IMG/VR virus record: IMGVR_UViG_3300042462_000200
Location: 1,874 to 65,873 of that record
Strand: one strand, 5' to 3'
Length of the DNA: 64,000 nucleotides
Origin: a virus
Lineage: Duplodnaviria > Caudoviricetes
Position 1 is the first letter of the stretch; the number at the start of each line of letters is the position of its first letter. Both the position numbers and the translations under genes were made by a program. Positions 1-9,814 of this stretch are shown in pieces. The notes under the pieces are model-generated. The model saw only the letters and a program-made list of their open reading frames with translations, did not search any database and was not told where the DNA came from.

Positions 1-368
1 ACAACCATTCCTTTTGTCATGCCAATGCCAGAAGCTAGCGCAGCACTAGATAGCATAGAGCCACCTTTAAATCCTGCTAGCATTGTCGCAGGACTGGCAA
101 GCATAGCTGATTTATAACCAATCGATGCGCCTACAGATGCTGCTCCGATTCCAGTTGATACTTTACGTTGTCTACTAAGAACACGCTGGCCTTGTGCTTT
201 ATTAGCAGTACCTAAAGTTTTATTAGCATGGTTTTGTGCAACCATACCAGCTACTAGAGAACCAGGTACACCAAATAAGCCACCAATAGTACCTACAGTA
301 GCCCCACCACGTGCACCTTTAGCATTTTGGTTGCCTTTAAGTGCCATACTTCTTCTTACACTTTTCAT
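1..368 (-). CDS. Gly/Ala-rich putative membrane or virion protein (3' end outside window)
   Basis: ATG at 368, 2 nt after the portal stop; open to the window edge: MKSVRRSMALKGNQNAKGARGGATVGTIGGLFGVPGSLVAG..., with glycine-zipper-like segments. Not in the ORF track. Confidence 0.6.
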   Translation of the reverse strand, partial: MKSVRRSMALKGNQNAKGARGGATVGTIGGLFGVPGSLVAGMVAQNHANKTLGTANKAQGQRVLSRQRKVSTGIGAASVGASIGYKSAMLASPATMLAGFKGGSMLSSAALASGIGMTKGMV

Positions 369-370
369 AA

Positions 371-1963
371 TTACTCCTTAGGCGCAGAGGCCTTTCCAGT
401 TGCAGCTGCCTCAGTTTGTAAGGCATATTGATCATTGTATTTAGTTGCAGCAGGGATAATTTGCTGATCATTATTAACTTCTGCTAATGCTTCTTCATCG
501 TCATACTCAGCATTCAGAATATCATTGGCTTTCAACATTTGTAACCAAACAGATCTTGGCAATAAGCCGCCTTGATACCATTGAGTAATTAGGTTTAGCC
601 AATCAGCACCTAATGGGACTGGATCAAAGTCTGCAGATAGTTCAAATGTAATATCACAAGCTTTACAATCTAAATTATAACGCCAGTTAAGCATCAGACA
701 AATAACTTGCTTCATTGTATTTGATATTTTAGTACTTAAAACAGCTAATTGTGCTGTTTGAGAAGCATTACGTATTTCTAATGCAACACCAGATTGTTCA
801 TTTTCTGTAGTTAGCATCCTAATGCCAAGCTTAGCCATTTCATCCATAGTAGATGCAATAGCCGCCTGCATATCTGCTAACGCTGCTGTAGGCGTTTCTA
901 GTACAGTAGCAGTATCGCCCTGTCTTAATCTTATCCAAGCACCTAATCCAGAATTTACAATATCCTCAAATTCTTCGTCTGACATATCAGATGCAATAAC
1001 AGGTGTATACGTAGAAGCACCATATAACAAATGATTACGTCTACTAATTTTATTGTACAAGCTAATTTCCTTGTCAACAATAGGTGCTAACAAAGGTGTT
1101 ACAGGTGTGATATTGCCGTTCAAAGGCCATGCAGGTATATGGGTTAGCTTTTCACCATTAGATAGAATACTCTCTAAAACAGCTACTAATTGAAAACCAC
1201 CTGAAGGTAATAGACGATCGCCTCTACTGGCAGCATCGCCTGGTTTAATTGTTTGGTCACCATTATCTGCAATTGTACCTGCATATACTCTAATTCTATA
1301 CTCACCATTCTCATCTAGTTCATGCACCCAAACAGCTGGTACACGGGTAGCATGAAATTCATTTACACTATAATCATCCATATAGCCTTTTACAATTACA
1401 CGATTTAAAACTGTTTTACCAAACATATTAGTAGTGGTAGACCAATTAATAATTGTTTCAGCTTTTTGTAAAATAGGATATGGCTTAATTTGATCTTTAA
1501 CTTCTTTATCTAGTGCATCTGGATTTTCTATATTAGGATAATCTACAAATACCCATGCTCTAGACGTCTGCACTTCTTCCCATAAAATATCATCTAAGAA
1601 AGCTACAAGAGTACAATCATCTCTGCCAATATTATTAGTAAGCCAGTCTAATGCTTCTTCAGGTGCATTATCAGGTAACTCAATAATAGGTGGTTTTCTC
1701 AACATGCCGCCTACTAACATTTTAGCAAACTGTGCTGTAATGCCTGGCAACTCTGCTTCTGCTTTATAGAACTCGTACTGTCTAACGCTCATGGAAGGGG
1801 AGAATGGTAACAATAGATTTGTCATTCTAATTAAATCTAAAGAGCTATCAATCTCTTTAACTGCACGTTCACCGTTACAAACAGCGCGACTTTTGGCCCA
1901 AGAAGATATAAAATGAAGGTACGTCTGGCAAGGATCTGCTACTGTTTTAACGACGCCTGTCAT
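371..1963 (-). CDS. Portal protein (DUF4055-type)
   Basis: 530 aa; LLPFSPSMS..YEFYKAEAELPG, RAWVFVDYP, ESGVALEIR-like motif and size match DUF4055/SPP1-like siphophage portals. Confidence 0.8.
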   Translation of the reverse strand: MTGVVKTVADPCQTYLHFISSWAKSRAVCNGERAVKEIDSSLDLIRMTNLLLPFSPSMSVRQYEFYKAEAELPGITAQFAKMLVGGMLRKPPIIELPDNAPEEALDWLTNNIGRDDCTLVAFLDDILWEEVQTSRAWVFVDYPNIENPDALDKEVKDQIKPYPILQKAETIINWSTTTNMFGKTVLNRVIVKGYMDDYSVNEFHATRVPAVWVHELDENGEYRIRVYAGTIADNGDQTIKPGDAASRGDRLLPSGGFQLVAVLESILSNGEKLTHIPAWPLNGNITPVTPLLAPIVDKEISLYNKISRRNHLLYGASTYTPVIASDMSDEEFEDIVNSGLGAWIRLRQGDTATVLETPTAALADMQAAIASTMDEMAKLGIRMLTTENEQSGVALEIRNASQTAQLAVLSTKISNTMKQVICLMLNWRYNLDCKACDITFELSADFDPVPLGADWLNLITQWYQGGLLPRSVWLQMLKANDILNAEYDDEEALAEVNNDQQIIPAATKYNDQYALQTEAAATGKASAPKE

Positions 1964-1964
1964 A

Positions 1965-2150
1965 TCAGCCTCTTATAGCTTTATTAAAGTTTTCCATTGT
2001 ACCTTCAAATCTTTCGCCAGATACAGGGTTGTAGCCAACAATAGTGTCGTCTTTAGCACTTAATTCCCAATTAGATGGTACTTGGTTAAAGAATGGTGTA
2101 AACTCAACTTTAGCAACTGCTACTGCTTTTGGTTCAATTAATTCGCTCAT
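1965..2150 (-). CDS. Hypothetical protein
   Basis: 61 aa; overlaps the endolysin stop and ends 1 nt before the portal start. Confidence 0.55.
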   Translation of the reverse strand: MSELIEPKAVAVAKVEFTPFFNQVPSNWELSAKDDTIVGYNPVSGERFEGTMENFNKAIRG

Positions 2151-2602
2151 TTGGTAAGTCCTAAAAATTTATTTGATTCACGTTTACGTCTATTGGTTAA
2201 GCCTTCAACTACTTTGCCTTCGTCTCTATTCCATCTGAGGAATTGGGCAGCAACCTGTTCTTTTGGTGCACCAGCATTTAAAAGACGTAGTAGAGTAGAT
2301 TTCTTAAAAGCAGGGCCACCAATATTATAGGTTAATTCGACTAATGCATCGAATTCGTTTTGGGTTAAAGGTACAGTAACAGACTTGTCTACTGCGCTTA
2401 CGTATTGCTTAAGGGTAACTTTGAAAAGTTGTAACGCTCGTTCCTTAGTAATGGGAGCGTCCTTCATAGTAACTTTGGTACCATTTTCATAGAAAGTACT
2501 ACCAAAGCCAATAGTAGGGACGCCCTCACCATCTGGATACGGTTGCGATCTAAACCCTTCAGAACCTTTTAAGTCTTCTGCGCCTTTATCGCTAAGTTCC
2601 AT
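2147..2602 (-). CDS. Endolysin, GH24 phage lysozyme
   Basis: EG..(x8)D..GVPTIGFG catalytic E-D-T pattern, LTQNEFDALV, YNIG, STLLRLLN, GLTNRR..E. Confidence 0.95.
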   Translation of the reverse strand: MELSDKGAEDLKGSEGFRSQPYPDGEGVPTIGFGSTFYENGTKVTMKDAPITKERALQLFKVTLKQYVSAVDKSVTVPLTQNEFDALVELTYNIGGPAFKKSTLLRLLNAGAPKEQVAAQFLRWNRDEGKVVEGLTNRRKRESNKFLGLTK

Positions 2603-2604
2603 AA

Positions 2605-2763
2605 CTATACCGCTGCAACAATAACGCCAATAGCAACTTCTTTTGCTACTTCTTGTACATCAGGATTAGTCACAACTTTTTCTGCAACGTCTGCTGCTTC
2701 GTGTACAGTGTGATTAATAGCTTTTCCTGCATCTTTAAATGCTTTATCTAAAGTATTCTTCAT
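2605..2763 (-). CDS. Small amphipathic protein (52 aa), possible lysis accessory
   Basis: MKNTLDKAFKDAGKAINHTVHEAADVAEKVVTNPDVQEVAKEVAIGVIVAAV; ATGA-coupled to the upstream ORF and stops 2 nt before the endolysin; below the ORF-track cutoff. Confidence 0.55.
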   Translation of the reverse strand: MKNTLDKAFKDAGKAINHTVHEAADVAEKVVTNPDVQEVAKEVAIGVIVAAV

Positions 2764-2891
2764 GATACAGCATCCGCGATAGTGTCGATTGTTACATCAA
2801 CAACTGTTTCTACGATATCGTGAGGTGCTAAAGGTACAGCTACCTCTACTACTGTTTCTACTGCATCTTTTAAATCGTCTAAAAATGACAT
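2760..2891 (-). CDS. Small acidic/Val-rich protein (43 aa)
   Basis: MSFLDDLKDAVETVVEVAVPLAPHDIVETVVDVTIDTIADAVS; ATG at 2891 preferred to the track start, which lies in a hairpin-rich intergenic stretch. Confidence 0.5.
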   Translation of the reverse strand: MSFLDDLKDAVETVVEVAVPLAPHDIVETVVDVTIDTIADAVS

Positions 2892-3075
2892 ATTAAACCC
2901 CGGGGTTTTGTTAGGTAGAAACCGCCCAACTCGGTTCGTGAGGGAAGACCCCTCAATTCTGTGCAATATAATTGCGTTATTATTTATTCAAAATCGGTTA
3001 CTAATTTCCATGAAATAGTTTCTTCATCCCAGACATACTGATTGCTATCTATTGGGTACGCTCTGGAAGGCATAG

Positions 3076-3222
3076 CTAATCCTCTTTCTTTTCTTCAGTT
3101 TGACTATCAGTTTGCTGTTTTAAATCAACAAGCAGGGGGTATGCACCGGACGAAGTTGGAAGTTGACCTAACGTACCTAATATTGCATTTGCTGATTCTT
3201 CAGATAAATTCCAAGTAATCAT
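3076..3222 (-). CDS. Small hypothetical protein (48 aa)
   Basis: MITWNLSEESANAILGTLGQLP...; TAATG-coupled to the upstream gene; resembles small proteins that follow fibre genes. Confidence 0.55.
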   Translation of the reverse strand: MITWNLSEESANAILGTLGQLPTSSGAYPLLVDLKQQTDSQTEEKKED

Positions 3223-3527
3223 TAGTTGCTCCAAGGTGTGCCGTTAGATAGTACGATTTGTTTGTTTTCAATATGAGCCGCTAATTCCGAATCTGCTAAC
3301 GCTTCAGACTGTGTACCCACTAACTTTTTAATCCATGCAATAACATCTGCTTTTGATAGTTTATCGTAATCAATGACTGTGCCTTTAGGTGCAGGTAAGC
3401 CTGTGATCGAGTTAACCGTTACGCTGTCTGTGCCGTTTGATGCTGTGATTGTAAATTGCACTTGGTTCACAATACCGTTTTGGTCGCGTTGCAAGTTAGT
3501 TGGTTCGTATGTGTATGTTGTTGTCAT
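3222..3527 (-). CDS. Fibre-associated small protein
   Basis: MTTTYTYEP...IDYDKLSKADVIAWIK...GTPW, a pattern often seen downstream of phage fibre genes; AAGGA RBS before the ATG at 3527. Confidence 0.6.
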   Translation of the reverse strand: MTTTYTYEPTNLQRDQNGIVNQVQFTITASNGTDSVTVNSITGLPAPKGTVIDYDKLSKADVIAWIKKLVGTQSEALADSELAAHIENKQIVLSNGTPWSN

Positions 3528-3537
3528 GAGTATTTCC

Positions 3538-4869
3538 TTAAGTGATTGTTTGCCATGCCGCACCAGAGTACACGCAAAGTTTACTTAATGTTGTATCAAA
3601 AACCATCAACCCTGCCGCTGGAGAGGATATAGCGTTTTTCTGCGTAGTTGTCATATTAGGCATTCTCACGCCTTTTGTCGTTGATTGCACATCAAGAATC
3701 GCTGAGAGATTTGGTGAGGTTGTACCAATTCCAATATTGCCAGACGATTCAATACGCATACACTCTACAGCTGCTTGCCCGTTCGCATTTGATGCAAAGA
3801 CCAAGTTGTTTCCGTTTTGCCCAACCCCTGTAGTTACTGCACCGATATATGAGTATCTATTGTCTTCGGTATCATTTGCGCTATTTATAAATGCCAGCAC
3901 GCTGCCAGTATTTGCTCCGCTAACTCTATTTTGAAACTGACCGAGTATTGTCAAAGCGTTCGCATCGCTACGAACATGTAACTTTGAGCTGGCTAGACTT
4001 GTACCAATCCCCAAATTCCCAGCCAAATAGTTACCTGCCGTTCCTGCCATATAGAGATTGTATCTACCTGTACCAAACGGTATATTACCAACAAAACCCC
4101 AATTGTTGCTTGTCGCACCTATGAGTGTTTCATTTACTTGAAAACCATATTGGCTAGTAATTGACGAACCTGCACCAATAACACCTTGTGCTGCCACGAA
4201 GTTAATCGCATTAGCTAGAGTAAACGCACTAGCCGCAGTCGTAGTTGTACCGCGAAATATGTTATAATCACCTGTGACATCTGCCGCTACCACAGGAGCG
4301 GAAAGAACACTAAAGCCATTTACTGCTCCGGTAATAAGCCCTGTCCCAGCTATAGTCAATCCACGCCCAGCAGACGGAATTACGTTTACCCCAATTCGCC
4401 CTGCACTATCAATCCTCATGCGCTCAGTTGCGCTAGTTAAAAAAGTAATTGACGCTGTATTAGCAGATTGTAATTGAAGTTCTCCTGTTCCAGTGTTTAT
4501 TATTTGGAAAGCTCCGTTAGCACCAGTACCTCTAATAATTCGGGTTTCATAATCTGCGCCAGAAGTTGAATGGACGTCAATATATGACGTTCCATCTCCA
4601 GTTCTATTGCCACCCAATTCTATACCTGCTGCCCCTGTAGTAACGCCAATTCCTGTAGATATTAATGCTCCTACAGTAAGGTCGCCAGCCAAATAGTTAT
4701 CAGCCGTTCCCGAAGCATAAATATTATAGCCACTGTTTGCAGTAAGGTTAATTGCACCCGTCATTGTGCCGCCAGTGGCAGGTAAAACATAATTAGCATC
4801 TAAATAAGCCAACTCACCTAAATCCGCATTGGTGGGTACTTGATCAGGATCTGTACCGATTAACATCAC
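3538..4869 (-). CDS. Fibre/spike protein
   Basis: GGTMTG, ERMRIDSAGRIGV, GNLGIGT, SAILDVQSTTKG..PNMTTTQKNAI..PAAGLMVFDTT fibre repeats. Confidence 0.8.
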   Translation of the reverse strand: MMLIGTDPDQVPTNADLGELAYLDANYVLPATGGTMTGAINLTANSGYNIYASGTADNYLAGDLTVGALISTGIGVTTGAAGIELGGNRTGDGTSYIDVHSTSGADYETRIIRGTGANGAFQIINTGTGELQLQSANTASITFLTSATERMRIDSAGRIGVNVIPSAGRGLTIAGTGLITGAVNGFSVLSAPVVAADVTGDYNIFRGTTTTAASAFTLANAINFVAAQGVIGAGSSITSQYGFQVNETLIGATSNNWGFVGNIPFGTGRYNLYMAGTAGNYLAGNLGIGTSLASSKLHVRSDANALTILGQFQNRVSGANTGSVLAFINSANDTEDNRYSYIGAVTTGVGQNGNNLVFASNANGQAAVECMRIESSGNIGIGTTSPNLSAILDVQSTTKGVRMPNMTTTQKNAISSPAAGLMVFDTTLSKLCVYSGAAWQTIT

Positions 4870-5189
4870 TCACCTGCCCATATTCTATAAGGGGTTGTCG
4901 GTGCTGTAATTAACGGCAATGCAGATTCTTGTTCAGATGTTAAATCAGCTTTAATATTAACATGCCATCCGTCAATGGGCAGCATTTCAGGATATTGCAG
5001 GTTATCTTCAGTACGTAATACTTGACCTGTTGGTTTATAGATTAAGCCAATTACGTCTGTAGTAATTTTTGTAATAAATTGGGTATCACTTTCTGTACCC
5101 CAAACTGGTTCAATAGTTGCTAAGCCTAATTCTAAGAACTTAGCTGTGAACTCAGCTTCATTTGTGAATTTTAAAAAATAGTTTTTCAT
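4866..5189 (-). CDS. Fibre-associated protein (GWHVN motif)
   Basis: YFLKF..EAE...DGWHVN...P.TPYR.W; pattern typical of genes after TFTRAS-type spike fibres; ATGA overlaps on both sides. Confidence 0.6.
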   Translation of the reverse strand: MKNYFLKFTNEAEFTAKFLELGLATIEPVWGTESDTQFITKITTDVIGLIYKPTGQVLRTEDNLQYPEMLPIDGWHVNIKADLTSEQESALPLITAPTTPYRIWAGE

Positions 5190-7273
5190 GTTGTTGTGAG
5201 TCCTTGAAGTTCAGTGTTGCTGAGACGTTTCGGGTAATAGGCTAGTTTGGCGATGTGACCGTTTAAATACAAATTACTGAACCATGAGCCAAGCGAAGCT
5301 TGATTGGTTTGCGGAACAGTTCCACTTGAGTCAGATAAAACAGAAGAACCGCTATAAGAAACACTAAAGTCATTAACTTTATATCCCCCAGCAAAATCAA
5401 ATGTAGGCGATGACGTTACATTTAAATTAGCTTGATTTATAGAGTTAGTATTTATTTCAAATTGAGAAAGATTGTTATTCACGTAAATGTTAATAGAGTT
5501 GGTATTAGTACCATTATTCATACTAGCAATGAAATTCGCTCCTTTAAATAAAGAATCGGCTTTAGCAAACACCGTCCCCTCGTCTTGTCTATACCAACTT
5601 GAAAAGTTAGTCCCAGTAATAACAGCATTATCCGCTGGACGAGTTGCCGCTGATGAGCTAGATACATCTGCAGATCTTGTTCCTTGTGCTGAGGTTGTTG
5701 GAATGTAACTAGTGGCTGTATTTCCGGTTTCTAGTTGTGCGCCCCATATATAAGATGTACCATTTTCAGTACCAACTCCAAATCCTATTGAGCCATCACC
5801 TTGGTTTCTGACGTCTAGGGTTGCAAAAACATTTCCTGTAGAATTATTAGCAACTGTTACAGAGAATCTATACCAGCCATTGCCAACAGGAATAATTGAG
5901 GAACCCAAAACGGAGGCTCTGTTGCCTATAGCCAAATCAGACCACCGTACCGCAGCCATCCCAGTATATACCGGCGTAGATCCTAAAACAAAGGCTATAC
6001 TAATACTAGTATAGGGCGCTGTGCCTTGTTTTACGTATATACTAAAGGTATATATTGAAGAATTATTTGCAATTGCGACATCTTGTCTACGAGGACTATC
6101 TGATGTATTTGTATGGGCAAGCGTATCTGCTGTCATTGTACCGTCTGGCGAGATAGCTGTATTATTTGTGACTGTAAGACCGCCAACAGGCGAATACCAA
6201 ACATTTGATTGATCTTCACTATAAGTCAGCAAATTAGTCGAAGCAGGCTCTAATAATAACTTAGGTGATAACGCTAAATTTAATGGGTTGTAATTATATC
6301 TAGCTACATTAGTCGCAGCAGATTGAATTAAACCGTTTGAACCAATGAACGTACCGGTTGACGCACGGGAAGTAAAGGTATCGGCGGAAGGGATATAGCT
6401 TGTAGCAAATGCGCCTTGTTCTAGTTGTGCGCCCCAGATGTATAAGCCGGACACTCCATCGCCTGTATAGACATTAGTAGTTCCGTTAAATAATTGAACA
6501 CTAAGCTGTGCGTTACCGGTTCCGGTTGCAGTTGCTGTAACAAAACAGCGATACCATCCGTTCCCGACAGATATCATTGAAATAGTTGGAGAGCCTAGAT
6601 ATGCGGCAGCTGCCTTAGTGGTAAGGTTGTATTTAGCATATTGATATCCAGAAAATCCAGTAGTAATGTCAAACCCTATAAGTGCTTCAGCCTTTTCGCC
6701 GCCTTTCATATAAAATGAAGCAGTATATGCATTTCCGCTAACTGCATTAAAAGGATAAACAAGATAGTGCGCTCCGTTACTCGTATCTTCTACATGCTTA
6801 TCAGCCGTCATCGTCCCATCTGGTGCAATAGCAGCATTTGCAGTTATTGTAGAATTACCTTTAATCCAAGTCGCATTGTCAAAATTCTCACTATAACTCA
6901 GCAAATTAGTGCGTTGTTCTTCAATCAACAAGCCTAGCGATTCACCCGTAAGCGGATTATGATCAAAGCGAGCTTCATTACTGGCAGCACTTTTAATTAA
7001 TCCATCGTAACCAGTATAAGTTCCAATGCCACCACGTGTAAATGTGATACGTGGATCTAAAGTTTTACTATTAGCGAAATCTAATAATAGACTAGGTCTG
7101 ATAGTTGCTCTACCTGATCTAGCTAATGCTGAATTCTTAATATCACCTGTTGTAACAGTACCAAGTGTATCGATCTCTGTATTACCCCTGAAGTAATCAG
7201 CGTCTTCATATGCCATTGTACCTAAGTCGGCATTTGTGGGGGTTTGGTTTGGTTTATTTCCTATTAATCCCAT
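5186..7273 (-). CDS. Spike/fibre protein with two CBM-like domains and a LamG-like C-terminus
   Basis: ITFTR, GLLIEEQRTNLL, APDGT, GNGWYR, WGAQLE.G..ATSYIP repeated twice; C-terminal LAYYPKRLSN.ELQ. Confidence 0.8.
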   Translation of the reverse strand: MGLIGNKPNQTPTNADLGTMAYEDADYFRGNTEIDTLGTVTTGDIKNSALARSGRATIRPSLLLDFANSKTLDPRITFTRGGIGTYTGYDGLIKSAASNEARFDHNPLTGESLGLLIEEQRTNLLSYSENFDNATWIKGNSTITANAAIAPDGTMTADKHVEDTSNGAHYLVYPFNAVSGNAYTASFYMKGGEKAEALIGFDITTGFSGYQYAKYNLTTKAAAAYLGSPTISMISVGNGWYRCFVTATATGTGNAQLSVQLFNGTTNVYTGDGVSGLYIWGAQLEQGAFATSYIPSADTFTSRASTGTFIGSNGLIQSAATNVARYNYNPLNLALSPKLLLEPASTNLLTYSEDQSNVWYSPVGGLTVTNNTAISPDGTMTADTLAHTNTSDSPRRQDVAIANNSSIYTFSIYVKQGTAPYTSISIAFVLGSTPVYTGMAAVRWSDLAIGNRASVLGSSIIPVGNGWYRFSVTVANNSTGNVFATLDVRNQGDGSIGFGVGTENGTSYIWGAQLETGNTATSYIPTTSAQGTRSADVSSSSAATRPADNAVITGTNFSSWYRQDEGTVFAKADSLFKGANFIASMNNGTNTNSINIYVNNNLSQFEINTNSINQANLNVTSSPTFDFAGGYKVNDFSVSYSGSSVLSDSSGTVPQTNQASLGSWFSNLYLNGHIAKLAYYPKRLSNTELQGLTTT

Positions 7274-9337
7274 TTAGCCTCCTGTAAGTGATTGTAGTTC
7301 TGCATTTGACAGACGTTTAGGGTAATATGCTAGTTTGAGTATGTGTAAGTTTTGAGTAGGCCCAATTAACATTCTACTCATACCTTGTCCAACTGCAGCA
7401 GACGTATCAGTTTCAGTTGTGCTACCAGAAACTGAAAGTGCAATGTCATTAGTTGCGTATGCAAGTGCGCATGATATTACAGTTTGTGATGTAACAGCAG
7501 CTCCATTTAAATCCCATTGAGAAACACTGTTATTAAATCCGTACGAATCAATAAATGCGCTGCCACTACCGCTCACATATCTTAATGAAATAAATGCACC
7601 GCCTGCAGCCGTATCTACCCATGCTATAGTCGAAACCGATACTGCAGTAGTAGTTGACATTAATCTTGAAGTTGCATGCAATGTGCCTTGATCTTGTCTG
7701 TACCAATTTAAATCTGTCATCACAGCATTATCAGCCAATCGCGTATATTGCCCCGATGAACTCACATCGGCACTACGAGTAACTTGGCTAGAAGTTGTTG
7801 GGATATAACTAGTGGCTGTAGTTCCTACTTCTAGTTGTGCGCCCCATACATAATAGTTACCAACACCAACTCCGCCCAATCCCCAATATTCTGACTGTAT
7901 TCTGCAATTTAATAAATAAGCACCTGCAAGTGTGTTTTTAAGGGTCACTGATATTCTATACCAATTGTTTGGATATGGTGTAATAGAATAAGTCCCATCT
8001 CCCCAATACGCTACACTTCCATCTGTATTTAATGTCGCACCTGATGAAGGCCAAGATGTACCGTTATAATATCCCATCCATACAACAGGCTTTGTAGCTG
8101 TCCCGGCTTTAACAAAACATGAAAAAGTTCTAGTTATTCCATCATTGGCCGTTATACTAAGATTTACTGCAATATGCCCCTCAACTGTTGCACTAGTGTC
8201 TGTAATCATATCAGCTGTCATTGTACCATCTGGTGCAATAGCAGCATTAGGTGTTACAGACACATTTGATGCCTGCCAGCTGGATGCATTATCAAACTGT
8301 TCACTATATACCAATAAATTAGTCGCAGCAGGCTCAAGTAACAACTTAGGCGCCAATTTCAAATTCATTGGATTATAATCATATCGCGCAGTATCAATAG
8401 CTGCAGTTTTAACTAATCCATCAGATCCAGTATATGTAGCGGTAGATGCGCGTGACGTGAATGTATCACTTGAAGGGATATAACTAGTTGCAAATGCGCC
8501 TTCTTCTAATTGAGCACCCCAAATATAAACACCAGATTTACCATCGCCTGCATAAACAGCTTGGGGGGTTGCTCCTGTGGCTAATTGTAGTCTAAATAAA
8601 CCTGTTCGAGTAAGTGTTCCTGTATATGACGCAGAAATTCTATACCACCCATTTCCTACAGGTATTACACTTGGATTAATTAAGTATGATTGAGTTCCTG
8701 CCGCCAAAGCACCTGTTTCAAGATCTACAATATAATCTAAATCTGGATTTGAAAGAGCTGTTCTAAGTCTAATAAATTTAGCTCCGGCATTTTTAGCGTA
8801 AACACTCATTGTGTATGTTGTGCCACTAATAATGGACGGTACTATATAATCAACATAATGTTCACTATTTGTAGTTGTTTCTGCTAATAATTTAGCCGAA
8901 TATGTGCCATCTGGCGCAATAGCAATATTTTGTGAAATAAATGCGTTCCATAGCAGCCAACTAGCGCTATCAAACTGCTCACTAGATGGCAATAAATTAG
9001 TACGTTGCTCTTCAATCAATAATCCCAAAGACTCTTTAGTAACCGGATCATGGTCGAAACGTGGTTTACCCGCCTCAACTCTCTCGAGCAATCCATCAGC
9101 ATTATATCTAGTACCGATGGACGCTCGTGTAAATGTAATTCTCTTATCTAATCTCTTAAGATTAGAAAAATCTAACAACAGACTAGGTCTAATGCTACTT
9201 TTAGTATTCTCAATATTAACGGTTACATTATCGACTGCATCTTTGAGGTTAATGAAGTTAGTGTCTAACTCTGTATTTGTTAATGTTGAATTCTTAGCAT
9301 ACGACCCTGTCTGACGAGTGACAATATTGACGGCCAT
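7274..9337 (-). CDS. Spike/fibre protein, paralogue of 5186-7273
   Basis: Same repeat architecture; different N-terminus (K.S.LT..ELD.NF..L). Confidence 0.8.
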   Translation of the reverse strand: MAVNIVTRQTGSYAKNSTLTNTELDTNFINLKDAVDNVTVNIENTKSSIRPSLLLDFSNLKRLDKRITFTRASIGTRYNADGLLERVEAGKPRFDHDPVTKESLGLLIEEQRTNLLPSSEQFDSASWLLWNAFISQNIAIAPDGTYSAKLLAETTTNSEHYVDYIVPSIISGTTYTMSVYAKNAGAKFIRLRTALSNPDLDYIVDLETGALAAGTQSYLINPSVIPVGNGWYRISASYTGTLTRTGLFRLQLATGATPQAVYAGDGKSGVYIWGAQLEEGAFATSYIPSSDTFTSRASTATYTGSDGLVKTAAIDTARYDYNPMNLKLAPKLLLEPAATNLLVYSEQFDNASSWQASNVSVTPNAAIAPDGTMTADMITDTSATVEGHIAVNLSITANDGITRTFSCFVKAGTATKPVVWMGYYNGTSWPSSGATLNTDGSVAYWGDGTYSITPYPNNWYRISVTLKNTLAGAYLLNCRIQSEYWGLGGVGVGNYYVWGAQLEVGTTATSYIPTTSSQVTRSADVSSSGQYTRLADNAVMTDLNWYRQDQGTLHATSRLMSTTTAVSVSTIAWVDTAAGGAFISLRYVSGSGSAFIDSYGFNNSVSQWDLNGAAVTSQTVISCALAYATNDIALSVSGSTTETDTSAAVGQGMSRMLIGPTQNLHILKLAYYPKRLSNAELQSLTGG

Positions 9338-9338
9338 A

Positions 9339-9803
9339 TTAGAGTACCTGTAGTTTCCATGTCACTGTTAAAGTATCTGCAGCGCCTTTGTTAATAACAC
9401 TAAATACGGTACGTGCAATCATATCATTTGCTGTAGTTGTAGCGGCATTAAATAAACCTGCTTCAGTAATAGCGCCTGTAGCGACTCCTGCCCCAAATGT
9501 GGTAGCTACTGAAACAGTATCATTGGTAAGGATTGTGGTAGACGCAGCAGGAGCACTAGAAGCGACACGTGCGCCTAGGGCTGCAACTAAGGCTGTATCT
9601 GTAGCTGTAACAGCTGTTGCTCCTGTGCCTACACCAACCCAACCAATAGCTGATGGTGCGCCAGTAGCTAATAATCTTTGGGCGATATAGCCTTTACCGA
9701 TATTTACAATCGTATTACTTGTGCCACTTTGTTTAACATTACCATTTTCATCTCTAAGCTCGAACTCTACGTAGCCTTTAGCTTGAATTTGTTCTGAAAT
9801 CAT
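9339..9803 (-). CDS. Virion structural protein (collar-fibre-like)
   Basis: GVGTG.TA....DTAL...GAITEAGLFNA...M.AR.VF..INK...DTL.VTW pattern; located in the fibre cluster. Confidence 0.6.
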   Translation of the reverse strand: MISEQIQAKGYVEFELRDENGNVKQSGTSNTIVNIGKGYIAQRLLATGAPSAIGWVGVGTGATAVTATDTALVAALGARVASSAPAASTTILTNDTVSVATTFGAGVATGAITEAGLFNAATTTANDMIARTVFSVINKGAADTLTVTWKLQVL

Positions 9804-9814
9804 TTTGTCTTCCT

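Noticed and set aside
5186-9337. Diversity-generating retroelement or invertible shufflon behind the fibre repeats
   Set aside because: No reverse transcriptase or invertase in the window; repeats are direct and differences are not adenine-specific
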